64,000 nucleotides of DNA from an uncultured Poribacteria bacterium. GTDB taxonomy: Bacteria; Poribacteria; WGA-4E; WGA-3G. The notes under the pieces were generated by a model. It did not search any database. It was not told the origin of the DNA and saw only the letters and a program-made list of their open reading frames with translations. The translations under genes and the position numbers were made by a program. Positions within the stretch are counted from its first letter, which is position 1; each line of letters opens with the position of its first letter. Location: NCBI GenBank assembly GCA_951813565.1, contig OX638351.1, positions 4,640,001 through 4,704,000 of the forward strand. Reading direction: 5' to 3'. Below, one piece after another: positions 19,275-28,637 of the stretch.

Positions 19275-20638
19275 TGGTTCTGTTCCTCTCTAATTTCCCT
19301 CGCTAGTTCTTCTAAAACACGAGCCCCAAGATTCATTGGTATCGCAGCTTCAGCATGTGCTGAAATAAGAGGCGATAAGGAATTTGGATAACGGGATGAG
19401 ACTAATTGATCAAGCAATCTAAGTGCATCGGCTAATCGAGGATACTGATTAGGGTCTGCCCTAGTCATATCGCGATGTGAATCATCTAAGAAAGGGAGTG
19501 ATGCAACGAGACGGGCACCTGATGCCGTTTTATAAAATAATTTACGACCAAAGTGTGTATCTGTCCCGTATGCCTTCGGACTATCCGAGAATCTTATATT
19601 TTTCTTGATGTACTCGTCAGTTAACAAAGAAACATTTTGCCTAGGAAATTCGTCTTGTTCACCACGTTTATTCTGATCGATCCTTTCAAAATGATCGACA
19701 AAAATACCTGACTTTTCTATCCCAATTATTAGTAAATCTTGACCCGTAGCGAATTTAACGGCATCATTGATTAGATAAAGTTCCTCGCGGATCGCGGAGT
19801 GCAACCAAGCAGGAGAACCAAAGACAGCGAGTGATCCATCAATTACAATTGCTGTATTTTTAAGTAAGTGGAGAGCATTCTGCTGCTGAAACCCACGCAA
19901 GATATGAATAACCACGAGACGTTCAAAAACTTGCATAATCTCACCAAACATTTCTCCGTTGGCACTGTCAGGGATCATTCTTTCGTGGACTCGTAAAGCG
20001 TCAGTGGAGTAAAGAGTATTTGCACTTGGACATTGGCATGTATATTTCCCGTTTTCGCGGTGATACTTGTTATCAGCTAGCTGACAATCTCCTTCTGCGG
20101 AATACGGACAATCTGGTTCTGTTCCTGTGGGTTTGTGTGCCAATAATGCTTCGTATGTTTCAAGAAGCGATTCACCTTCTAATACTTTAATGTCATTAAG
20201 GTATTCAAATAGCATTTTCCTTAACGAACGTTTGGCAGATTTTTCCTTATCAATAACAATGTTACAGCCAGGGAAAGCCGTATCAATAGAACCAACGTTC
20301 TCGGTTTCTCGATATAATTTAGGGTTAACCGGTCTGTGAGAGCCAAGCTCCCTAATTTTTGCCATATTCATCAAAACAGCAGCAGTCGTAACATATCCCA
20401 CTTCAGCCCCAGGATAGCCAGTTTCTACAGGTGTTCTTTGGTAACTTCCATCAATAGCAATAACAAATTTCGGGTCCCACTCACTTACGGGAATCTCAGA
20501 AGTTTTTATCAGAGGAAGTGTAGTTTCATCCGAAGAGTAATCTTGAATCCTTGCCCGCTGCATTAAACTTTTTACGCGTGCGTTGTTGACAAGTCGTCTA
20601 ATAGATCGGTAATGTGCGAATTCGCCTTCGTATGGCAT
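19271..20638 (-). CDS. NurA-like nuclease
   Basis: IAIDGS, IVIDGSL, GIEKSG and terminal AHAEA motifs typical of NurA; 4-nt overlap with the methyltransferase. Confidence 0.8.
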   Translation of the reverse strand: MPYEGEFAHYRSIRRLVNNARVKSLMQRARIQDYSSDETTLPLIKTSEIPVSEWDPKFVIAIDGSYQRTPVETGYPGAEVGYVTTAAVLMNMAKIRELGSHRPVNPKLYRETENVGSIDTAFPGCNIVIDKEKSAKRSLRKMLFEYLNDIKVLEGESLLETYEALLAHKPTGTEPDCPYSAEGDCQLADNKYHRENGKYTCQCPSANTLYSTDALRVHERMIPDSANGEMFGEIMQVFERLVVIHILRGFQQQNALHLLKNTAIVIDGSLAVFGSPAWLHSAIREELYLINDAVKFATGQDLLIIGIEKSGIFVDHFERIDQNKRGEQDEFPRQNVSLLTDEYIKKNIRFSDSPKAYGTDTHFGRKLFYKTASGARLVASLPFLDDSHRDMTRADPNQYPRLADALRLLDQLVSSRYPNSLSPLISAHAEAAIPMNLGARVLEELAREIREEQNQ

Positions 20639-20641
20639 AAA

Positions 20642-22711
20642 CTATACCTCAAATTTTTTGATTTGCACTGGCACAACGAAAGGGTTACTAAGAGTTTTAA
20701 CTCGGAGAAATCCTCTGTCTTGGGCGCGCAGAATTGAATTCTCAAAATCAGCGAAATCGTAGAATTTACAAAGCTCTCTTATTTCGTCTTTGTTGTTCAA
20801 ATGTCCGATGAACCAGTTCGCTGCGTTCTTAAGAATGTTCTTTTGAATACTGCTAACCTCTTGAGTGATACAGACCATACCGAGATTATACTTAGCTCCT
20901 TCTTTGGCTGTTCGCACCCATACATTTTTAAGGTCAGTTTCCGATCCGTGAAGTAACAAATTATGTGCTTCTTCAATGTAGATGAGAATATCTGGAAGAT
21001 CCTCATTTCTTCGGAATTTTCCCTGATTTTCACGAAAGATTCGCGACATAATCCGTTCCGCGGAAGACTCATTAACTTCCGGTTCACCACTGGACTGATC
21101 AATTATTACAAGTTTGCCTTCCTCCAATTCGTTATAAATGTCTTCTGCAAAGTCAGCGTCTGTTTCTTCTGTATGCTTGTTACGTGCCTGACCCATCTGA
21201 TTTGCCCCGGCGGGATGCTGGAACATTCTCAAAATATTAACAAGGTCAGTATCTGCCCAACTTTGGCCAGAGCTAGACCCAGCTATATATGAACTGTTGA
21301 ATTCTGTGTAGGATTGGGTATTTATAAAGGAGTTCAGGCCTTTAAATGCTATTGATAGGCTATCCCAAGGCGGAGTATCCATTGCAAAAATATCTGATGC
21401 CTCCACTATTTCTTGATTAGTGTCTATATGTCTCATCCTATCTAACAATTCGTTACTAAACAAACCTCTTAGATCAGGATTTAACTCAGTGGGAACCGCA
21501 AAACCAGCATTCTTTAGCAAGGTTTGGTAGGCTAAGACCCTACGCCTGTATCGAGTCATAGCACCGCGATCAGTTTCTGATGGCTTATCAAACCTCACTT
21601 GGACGAAGTTTTGTATGTATATCGTTCCTTCGTTGACAAAGACCTCATTTATTATTTCTTTTCCAATTTGGAGCATATCTTCGTTGTAAAAGTTAATCCG
21701 CATCAACTTTCGACAAGGATCATTATCGTGTGTTAGAATACCGTAGGTTACGACATCTTCCTTATCTCCATTTTTCGATTCCCAAACATTTTTCAGAGCT
21801 GTCTTATTATCTTGTACATTTTCATTGGCGTATTCCCCATCAGGATCAAATATAATTTGTCCGATGTGAAGCGGTTTTTTTGAATCGAATCGTAAATCAA
21901 ACACAGATTTGGCAATAATTTTAGTTGTGTTTGACTTACCTGTTCTTGTCATGCCAAAAAGGACAGTTTTCTGTTGAAGCAAATCCACAGGACTGATGCT
22001 CACCCCTACATTTGAGATGCCCTGAAATGCCCTGTTGGTTGAAGCGTAACGCACTTCTCCAATAGGAACACGTGTCTGATTTTGATTTATCAAGTCCTCA
22101 AGACGGTCAACATCCTGATAATTTACAATCTTTTCCAAAGAGTTATCGTTTGGCTTATAGACTGCCAACCCTCGATTCGGATAGTAATTGGAAAGATCGC
22201 TACCAAAACGTGGTGCTAAAACTGGAGGATCATCACTGACACGATCAAGAAAAAACGTTCCAATCACGCGACACCCTACACCAGCGAATGACAGTTTTTG
22301 ACTTGTTTGTAGATCCATCGCATCTAGGTCCCAGTGCCTACTAGGTTCGCCACTAACTTCTTCTGCACTTTCAACCCGTATTCGTTCTGCCTCACTACTG
22401 GTTGGAAGCGGAACCGCGTCCATAACTCTTAACAGAATGATAGAACTATCTTCAAGCATATAATCAATTTCTGTTTCATCAGGTTTAACACGTGTGGCAA
22501 TTAAAAAACTCAGACTTGGGATACCTCCAACTTCTTTGCGGAAGTGGTCGTGAACTAGAACATTAGCCGTTTCATAACTAATTGAATAAACATCTCCAAT
22601 ATACTGGCTTTCTTGGATAAGTGTTTTAAACCATTCATCCGCCTGGTTTGTTAATAGGTTATCTTGTTCTTCATCAATTGCTTCTTGTATTGGTAATTCA
22701 GAGTGATTCAT
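20642..22711 (-). CDS. HerA/DUF87-family ATPase
   Basis: Walker A GMTRTGKS, IFDPDGEY, Walker B IYIEEAH, AKEGAKY, ITQ. Confidence 0.88.
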   Translation of the reverse strand: MNHSELPIQEAIDEEQDNLLTNQADEWFKTLIQESQYIGDVYSISYETANVLVHDHFRKEVGGIPSLSFLIATRVKPDETEIDYMLEDSSIILLRVMDAVPLPTSSEAERIRVESAEEVSGEPSRHWDLDAMDLQTSQKLSFAGVGCRVIGTFFLDRVSDDPPVLAPRFGSDLSNYYPNRGLAVYKPNDNSLEKIVNYQDVDRLEDLINQNQTRVPIGEVRYASTNRAFQGISNVGVSISPVDLLQQKTVLFGMTRTGKSNTTKIIAKSVFDLRFDSKKPLHIGQIIFDPDGEYANENVQDNKTALKNVWESKNGDKEDVVTYGILTHDNDPCRKLMRINFYNEDMLQIGKEIINEVFVNEGTIYIQNFVQVRFDKPSETDRGAMTRYRRRVLAYQTLLKNAGFAVPTELNPDLRGLFSNELLDRMRHIDTNQEIVEASDIFAMDTPPWDSLSIAFKGLNSFINTQSYTEFNSSYIAGSSSGQSWADTDLVNILRMFQHPAGANQMGQARNKHTEETDADFAEDIYNELEEGKLVIIDQSSGEPEVNESSAERIMSRIFRENQGKFRRNEDLPDILIYIEEAHNLLLHGSETDLKNVWVRTAKEGAKYNLGMVCITQEVSSIQKNILKNAANWFIGHLNNKDEIRELCKFYDFADFENSILRAQDRGFLRVKTLSNPFVVPVQIKKFEV

Positions 22712-22734
22712 TGTTATATTCTCTTGTGCCTTCT

Positions 22735-22870
22735 CTAATTGGATGACGGTTTACCACCAAAGGATTTACGTTCGGCACCTACTTACCGTTCTTGCAGTTT
22801 CTTTAAGTCATATTCGGGTAAAAGGTCGTCCTGTATTGTTAGCTTATTTTTCTGCCTATCTTCTTTTTTT
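22735..22870 (-). pseudogene. Degenerate small antitoxin-like (BrnA-like) gene remnant
   Basis: Translates KKEDRQKNKLTIQDDLLPEYDLKKLQER*VGAERKSFGG with an internal stop and no start codon; family call from the DLxPEYD motif only. Confidence 0.45.
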
Positions 22871-23069
22871 GGACAAACTATTATACCACATACTTCGGTA
22901 AATAGCAATGCAAGTTAATTACAGAGAGTGTAAGGTATTTGTCGGAGTCTGCACTCATCGGAATGTAGACTCGGGTCTCTGTGCCTGCAGTTGTTGATAC
23001 ATCTCAGATATCGACCAGCTCAACATTAAAAACCTCAGTATTTCTTGGATTAGACGATTGGTACTCACA

Positions 23070-25790
23070 TTACTCATCCGTTGGCAACTCCGCTAATATT
23101 TGATCACGTACCTTTTGTGGGTCTGCGACAGGTTGTACATAAAACCGATCGATTGCTTGTCCTCCCAAGCCAGAACATTTACACATCTCAACGTTCAACT
23201 CCAATTTCGCTAAAATCCCGCTGAAATAGTGCAGAAAACCGACCTTCTCCTCTCCTGTCACCACAATTTCTGTGTAATTTCTCGCAGTTTCTACAGTAAC
23301 ATCGTCAATTCGCCATGTGCCTGTCGGATCAACATAGTGCTTCTCAAAAATCTGTTCAAGTGTTACCTCTTGTGCCATCAAGCTCCGAATGTCAAAATCC
23401 AGATCACGCTTTAATTCCTCGTCAAGCGGCAGCGGTTCAGCGGAGGCGTGTGGTGGTTGATGCACAAGACGATAAATTTCCAACTCAATGTGCGAATCTT
23501 GTTTTGTGTAAACACGCGCATCACGGACATCAATGTTATTCGCAAAAAACAGACCGCTCACCGTATGCAACTTACCAACACGACTACGACCACAAAGATG
23601 CAATTCTGTAAAACCCTGTTTGTCAACAAACTGGAGGATAGCTGCATTTGCTGTCCGATTCGCATCATCAGAGGATGTTGCCTCCGCTTGTGAAATCATT
23701 TTTATATGCATGGATATTTCTTCTGGTGGAATACCGATACGATAAGTAACTGGCATCTGATGAAGGAAATGCTGAAATTCTGCTGGCGGCGCGGAAACAC
23801 CCCATTGCGACTCCTCTTGACCTACGAAACGCACCCGCACAACTTCGTACAACCGCTTGAGATTATGTTTTACCAGATTGCTAAAACTTTGGGAACCGTT
23901 CGCTTTTGAATCACAATAGGTTAGCAGATAGAGCGCTGTTAGACGTTCTAACGAATTAACCTTTTCGCAAAACTCTGAGATAGTACTCTCATCCCATTGA
24001 TGATAACGTGCCAATGTTATCATTGTGAGATGCTCTCGAATTAGGAAGGATATCTCATCTGTCTGTTGTGGATTAAACCCAAATTCTGGGGCGATACGTT
24101 TTGCTTTTACGGCGCCTGTCTCCGGATGAGTCGGGTCAGGTTTATCAATATCATGCAAAAAAAGTGCCATGTATAGCGATCCTGGATCGGATAGTGAGCG
24201 AAAAGCAGTGTTCAACTCCTCTAACTCAGAACTTGGAGAAGGGGTCATCGGTTGACCGAGGCGGGCACCCCCAAACGGACTACTTGACTCAGTGCGGCGA
24301 ATTTCATCAAGATGTCCGATCGCGGTAAGTGTGTGTTTGCCTACGGTATATGGATCAAGGCTTCGTTCGCTCCGTGTCATCATCGCTTTTTCAAAACGTT
24401 CTCCTCCGTCACCGAGTCGAGACAATATCCCGAGTCTGTGTAGACGGGTTAGAGTCTTTTCAACATTACCGGGTGTGTTGATGAGTTCGGCCATTCTCGG
24501 TTTAAAACGGTCCCAATCAAACGCGTCAACATAAGCGAAAATAAAGGTGGCAAGTGAAGGGGCAATCTCAAAATCGTACTGTTGGAAATAGGTGAATAGT
24601 TTAAATAGTTCATCTGTATCAAGTTCACCGAAATTGTTATCAATACAGTAAAGCACATCTGTTCGCACACCGAGTACATCGGAAACTGGAATTCCGTTGG
24701 CGAGAAACTTTCGGATTAATAGTTCCGCCTTAAAATGCAGATACTTGGCTTTAGCGTAATAGTCCGCCATAAAATCATAACGGGATTCCTCTGTTTTGTC
24801 TGAATAACCGAGTGCAGTTGCAATTTGCGACTGAAGTGTGTCCTCTTGTTCTGGATGGTAAGAGAGTGAATCGTGGGGTGCATCTGCTAAAACGTGTAAC
24901 ATATTCCGCACCTTGAACATAAAATCAAGAGATGGTATCAGTTGTTCATCATCATATCGTTGATAAAGTTCAGGTATAGAGATAAACTGAGGAAGTCCAC
25001 ACATCCAGAGAGCATATTGAAGTGTCCGTAAACCTCCACGCCCCGTTTTGATATCGGGTTGATTGAGGTAGATCGTATCCTCGGAGGCTTTAAAGGAATC
25101 TGCTTTTGATTGTAGGAGGTCCAGCACAAGTGAAATGTCAGATTTATCGGAATGGACCGCTTTTCGGAATTTTTCTGTCAGTGTCTCATTGCCAACGATA
25201 AATCGCATATCAATCAGTGCGGTCATGTCTTGGTAGTTCCACTTAGTTATATCTGCCATTGGACGGTAGATAAAACTAAATTCAAAGCCGGGAATTACTG
25301 TATGTAGACTATCAAAAAAATCATAGAACCACCGAATAAGTTCCAGAGTGCCTTCGTCATACACATCCTCAAGATCAACAGAAGAGGTATATACAACGTC
25401 TACATCTGAATAGTAGCAGAGTTCATTTCTACCATAACTGCCTACACCGTAAAGCGCAACATCAGGTGACCATTCTTCTGGAACTTCATCCATAAAATCA
25501 CTATAATCAACCCCAGGAATCTTGAGTAGTTCTTCAACCTGTTTTGTGTATTCACCCTGAATCTGATAGGAAGCGACTTCGTAAACTTTCTGGATAACAG
25601 CATCCCATATCTGTGTGTGCATAGAACACGCAGAAAACCCGCTCTCTCCTTCCAAGATATGAGTTTTGAGTTGTTCCCGCTCAGATTTAATGAAAGCAGC
25701 TAACTGTTGTTGCAACACTTCTTGAGAGATATTTAGATTTGGAATGAATTGTGTAAGTCGGTTTTCAATCTGTATAGACATCGGCTTCAA
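23070..25790 (-). CDS. glnD: [Protein-PII] uridylyltransferase-like protein
   Basis: GSYGRNEL..SDVDV nucleotidyltransferase, PDIKTGRGGLR, YTVGKHTL..LHDIDK HD domain, two ACT-like C-terminal regions. Confidence 0.85.
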   Translation of the reverse strand: MKPMSIQIENRLTQFIPNLNISQEVLQQQLAAFIKSEREQLKTHILEGESGFSACSMHTQIWDAVIQKVYEVASYQIQGEYTKQVEELLKIPGVDYSDFMDEVPEEWSPDVALYGVGSYGRNELCYYSDVDVVYTSSVDLEDVYDEGTLELIRWFYDFFDSLHTVIPGFEFSFIYRPMADITKWNYQDMTALIDMRFIVGNETLTEKFRKAVHSDKSDISLVLDLLQSKADSFKASEDTIYLNQPDIKTGRGGLRTLQYALWMCGLPQFISIPELYQRYDDEQLIPSLDFMFKVRNMLHVLADAPHDSLSYHPEQEDTLQSQIATALGYSDKTEESRYDFMADYYAKAKYLHFKAELLIRKFLANGIPVSDVLGVRTDVLYCIDNNFGELDTDELFKLFTYFQQYDFEIAPSLATFIFAYVDAFDWDRFKPRMAELINTPGNVEKTLTRLHRLGILSRLGDGGERFEKAMMTRSERSLDPYTVGKHTLTAIGHLDEIRRTESSSPFGGARLGQPMTPSPSSELEELNTAFRSLSDPGSLYMALFLHDIDKPDPTHPETGAVKAKRIAPEFGFNPQQTDEISFLIREHLTMITLARYHQWDESTISEFCEKVNSLERLTALYLLTYCDSKANGSQSFSNLVKHNLKRLYEVVRVRFVGQEESQWGVSAPPAEFQHFLHQMPVTYRIGIPPEEISMHIKMISQAEATSSDDANRTANAAILQFVDKQGFTELHLCGRSRVGKLHTVSGLFFANNIDVRDARVYTKQDSHIELEIYRLVHQPPHASAEPLPLDEELKRDLDFDIRSLMAQEVTLEQIFEKHYVDPTGTWRIDDVTVETARNYTEIVVTGEEKVGFLHYFSGILAKLELNVEMCKCSGLGGQAIDRFYVQPVADPQKVRDQILAELPTDE

Positions 25791-25913
25791 GATAATTTTT
25801 GTTTGTATTGGTATAATGAACTTTGGTGAGATTTTACGTTTTTAGTTCTGTGTATTATACATCTAATATGAATTAATGACAACATTTTTTCAATTCCCGC
25901 TCCATCTTTTTTC

Positions 25914-25942
25914 TTGACACACTTTTTGGACATTGCTAATAT
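25914..25942 (+). promoter_or_regulatory. Sigma70-type promoter
   Basis: TTGACA-17 bp-TAATAT with extended TG. Confidence 0.6.
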
Positions 25943-25998
25943 GCAAAACGTTGGTAATCCAAATACATCAACCGTCATCAACATTGGAGAAATTACTA

Positions 25999-26787
25999 AT
26001 GAACGAAGAACAAAAATATCTATTTGATTTGACGGGATATATTATTGTTGAAAATGCACTCTCCACCGAAGAGGTTGAACAGTGCAACGCAGCAATTGAC
26101 CACCACATAGAACAGCTTAGAGAACGTGAGAATTCTTTGGCAGGTGGTTCAGAAGCACTTTTTGGAACAGCTCACCGTATGGATATGGGTGGCATGTTGG
26201 CATGGGAAAAACCGTGGTGTGAGCCTTTTCGTGAGTTACTGGTACATCCAAATGTTAAACCTCACTTGGAGGAAGTTTTAGGGAAAAAATACCGACTTGA
26301 CCACGGACCTGGCTTAATCGCTATGGAAGATGGTACTGAAGGCGGCACCTTACACGGTGGTGGGATTGAACGTCCTAATTTTTCTGAGGCATACTTTTTC
26401 AAATATGGTCGAATCTACACCGGACTTACCGTTGTTGAATATATGCTTGCCGATGAGGGACATGGTGACGGTGGTCTCGCTATCATCCCCGGTAGCCACA
26501 AAGCAAACCTACCATGTCCAAGTAATATGAAACGATACGAAAAACATCAGAACCTGGTGCTTGAAGTCAACGCTAAGGCAGGCGATGCTGTTATCTTCAC
26601 CGAAACTTTAACACACGGCACGCTCCCGTGGAAAGCATCGCATCAACGGCGCGCACTACTCTATAAGTTTAGTCCCGGTTTTCAAGCATATAGTGCAGGT
26701 GCACATCGCATTGAATACCCAGACTATATTGAAGATATGTCTCCTGAACAACGCGAAGTGATGGAAGCACCACACATAAGGCATTAG
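25999..26787 (+). CDS. Phytanoyl-CoA dioxygenase (PhyH) family protein
   Basis: YLFDLTGY, LHGG, IPGSHK, LTHGT; start moved to ATG 25999 after GGAG. Confidence 0.85.
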   Translation: MNEEQKYLFDLTGYIIVENALSTEEVEQCNAAIDHHIEQLRERENSLAGGSEALFGTAHRMDMGGMLAWEKPWCEPFRELLVHPNVKPHLEEVLGKKYRLDHGPGLIAMEDGTEGGTLHGGGIERPNFSEAYFFKYGRIYTGLTVVEYMLADEGHGDGGLAIIPGSHKANLPCPSNMKRYEKHQNLVLEVNAKAGDAVIFTETLTHGTLPWKASHQRRALLYKFSPGFQAYSAGAHRIEYPDYIEDMSPEQREVMEAPHIRH

Positions 26788-26797
26788 GGAGGATACT

Positions 26798-27745
26798 ATG
26801 GCGAACCTACAAGTCGCAGTTATCGGATGTGGCGGACGCGGACGCGGACACATGAAAATCCTCTCCGAATTTGAGGATACCGACCTTGTTGCAATCTGTG
26901 ATCCGGTAGAAAACGCACGAAACAACGCAGGGGAAGCGTTCAACGTCTCAAACCGTTATGACACGATTGAAGCATTGCTTGACAATGAAACACTTGATGC
27001 AATTTTCGTTGCAACCCCAGCACATCTTAACGCAGAAGCCGCTGCGCCGTGTTTAGAACGTGGAGTTAATACCCTGCTCGAAAAACCGCCAGGGATGAGT
27101 GTTGAAGAAACCATTAATTTGCGGGATACTGCGAAGAAAACCGGTGCGAAAGGCATGGTAGGTTGGAATCGCCGTTTTCATCCAATTATTGTGGAAGCAA
27201 CGCAGCAAGTTAAATCACGTGGGGCCGTCACACAATTGGTCGGCGAATTTCACAAGAGTATTACCCGTTTGGCGCAATCGGGCAGATTCCCTGAACATCT
27301 AATGGATAATATGTTTTTGGAAACACCTATCCATGCCTTAGATACACTCCGTGCAATTGCCGAATCGGATGTTAAGGAAGTGCATAGTGTCGTCCAACGC
27401 GCAATTTCTGATTATAAAGATGTTCACGCAGCATTGATTCTGTTTGAGAACGGCTGTGTAGCACAACTTATTGCCAACTATACAACAGATGCACGCCTTG
27501 AAAGATATGAGATTCACGGCAGGAACATCTCGGCTTATCTTGAAGGCGTCTCACATGGTACAATTTTCTGTGATGGCACGCAACACAAACTCACTGAACC
27601 CGGAAGCGGGGGTACCGTTGAGCAAAACAAGTATTTCCTTGATTGCGTTAAGTCTAATACTCCTGTTTCACTTCCCGCTGCTAACTTGGACGAAGCAGTT
27701 AAAACGATGCAACTTGCAGCGGATATTTTAAGCGGATTAAAGTAG
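26798..27745 (+). CDS. Gfo/Idh/MocA oxidoreductase
   Basis: IGCGGRG, EKP, WNRRF. Confidence 0.9.
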   Translation: MANLQVAVIGCGGRGRGHMKILSEFEDTDLVAICDPVENARNNAGEAFNVSNRYDTIEALLDNETLDAIFVATPAHLNAEAAAPCLERGVNTLLEKPPGMSVEETINLRDTAKKTGAKGMVGWNRRFHPIIVEATQQVKSRGAVTQLVGEFHKSITRLAQSGRFPEHLMDNMFLETPIHALDTLRAIAESDVKEVHSVVQRAISDYKDVHAALILFENGCVAQLIANYTTDARLERYEIHGRNISAYLEGVSHGTIFCDGTQHKLTEPGSGGTVEQNKYFLDCVKSNTPVSLPAANLDEAVKTMQLAADILSGLK

Positions 27746-27847
27746 GCACTCGCGTTATACGGTATTAGTTCGTAGGTTTCCCGTTGTTCTACCCAACCTA
27801 CATTTGATCCTTATTTCGAACTCACTTAATTTACTGATTGAATTTGA

Positions 27848-28573
27848 ATGAAAATCTTAGGCATTGATACCTCAACCCCTATCGGAAGCGTTGCCCTCAT
27901 AGATGATGACAACATAGTCGCTGAACACACCCTCAATATTGTTCAAGCACATTCCTCCAGACTGATGCCCGCAATTGACACTGTCCTTAAATGGGGGGAT
28001 ATTACGCCAAATGATTTAGATGGATGTGTTGTCGGTATTGGCCCTGGGTCGTTTACAGGTATCCGCATCGGTGTTGCGACAGCGAAATCGCTCTGCTATG
28101 CGGTTGACAAACCAATTGTCGGGGTGTCAACCTTAGAGGCTATTGCATACAATCTGCGGTGGACGAATGGGGTTGTCTGTCCAATTCTTGACGCTCGACG
28201 AAGTGAGATTTATGGTGGTGTTTTCCACGGCGGATCAGAATGGCAACGGCTCACCGATGATCTTTGCTTACCGATTGATGCGTTCTTAGACGAACTTGAT
28301 AGTCATACTTCACGAGATTCTGCTGTCATTTTCGTTGGTGATGGACTTGCGACGTACGGGAATACAGTCCAGGAGAGATTAGGTCAGACAGAGATAATAT
28401 CGGGGTTACAAACCCCTCCCACAAGAGAAGATGCAGTCCACTTTGCAGATGCAATTTTTAATGTGCCGCGGGGCGCAACTATTGCTAAACTCGGGGCGCA
28501 ACGTCTAAAACAAGGTGATAACGATAGTTATTGGACTTTAGTGCCGAACTATGTTAGAATCGGGTTGTATTAA
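27848..28573 (+). CDS. tsaB: tRNA threonylcarbamoyladenosine biosynthesis protein TsaB
   Basis: ILGIDTS, GPGSFTGIRIG, DARRSEIY, PNYVR. Confidence 0.93.
   Translation: MKILGIDTSTPIGSVALIDDDNIVAEHTLNIVQAHSSRLMPAIDTVLKWGDITPNDLDGCVVGIGPGSFTGIRIGVATAKSLCYAVDKPIVGVSTLEAIAYNLRWTNGVVCPILDARRSEIYGGVFHGGSEWQRLTDDLCLPIDAFLDELDSHTSRDSAVIFVGDGLATYGNTVQERLGQTEIISGLQTPPTREDAVHFADAIFNVPRGATIAKLGAQRLKQGDNDSYWTLVPNYVRIGLY
28400..28429 (+). repeat. REP-like palindrome within the tsaB reading frame
   Basis: 28/30 identical to the reverse complement of intergenic 2751-2780. Confidence 0.8.
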
Positions 28574-28637
28574 CAACCCACAACCTAAAACTGATTCCTG
28601 AATAACCCGCCCTTTTTTCAATTTGCTCTTCCATGAA

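Noticed and set aside
24230..24290. Possible repeat-derived in-frame insert in glnD (SSPFGGARLGQPMTPSPSS), and similar short inserts in uvrC
   Set aside because: No convincing match to the repeat families in this window; would need ortholog alignments
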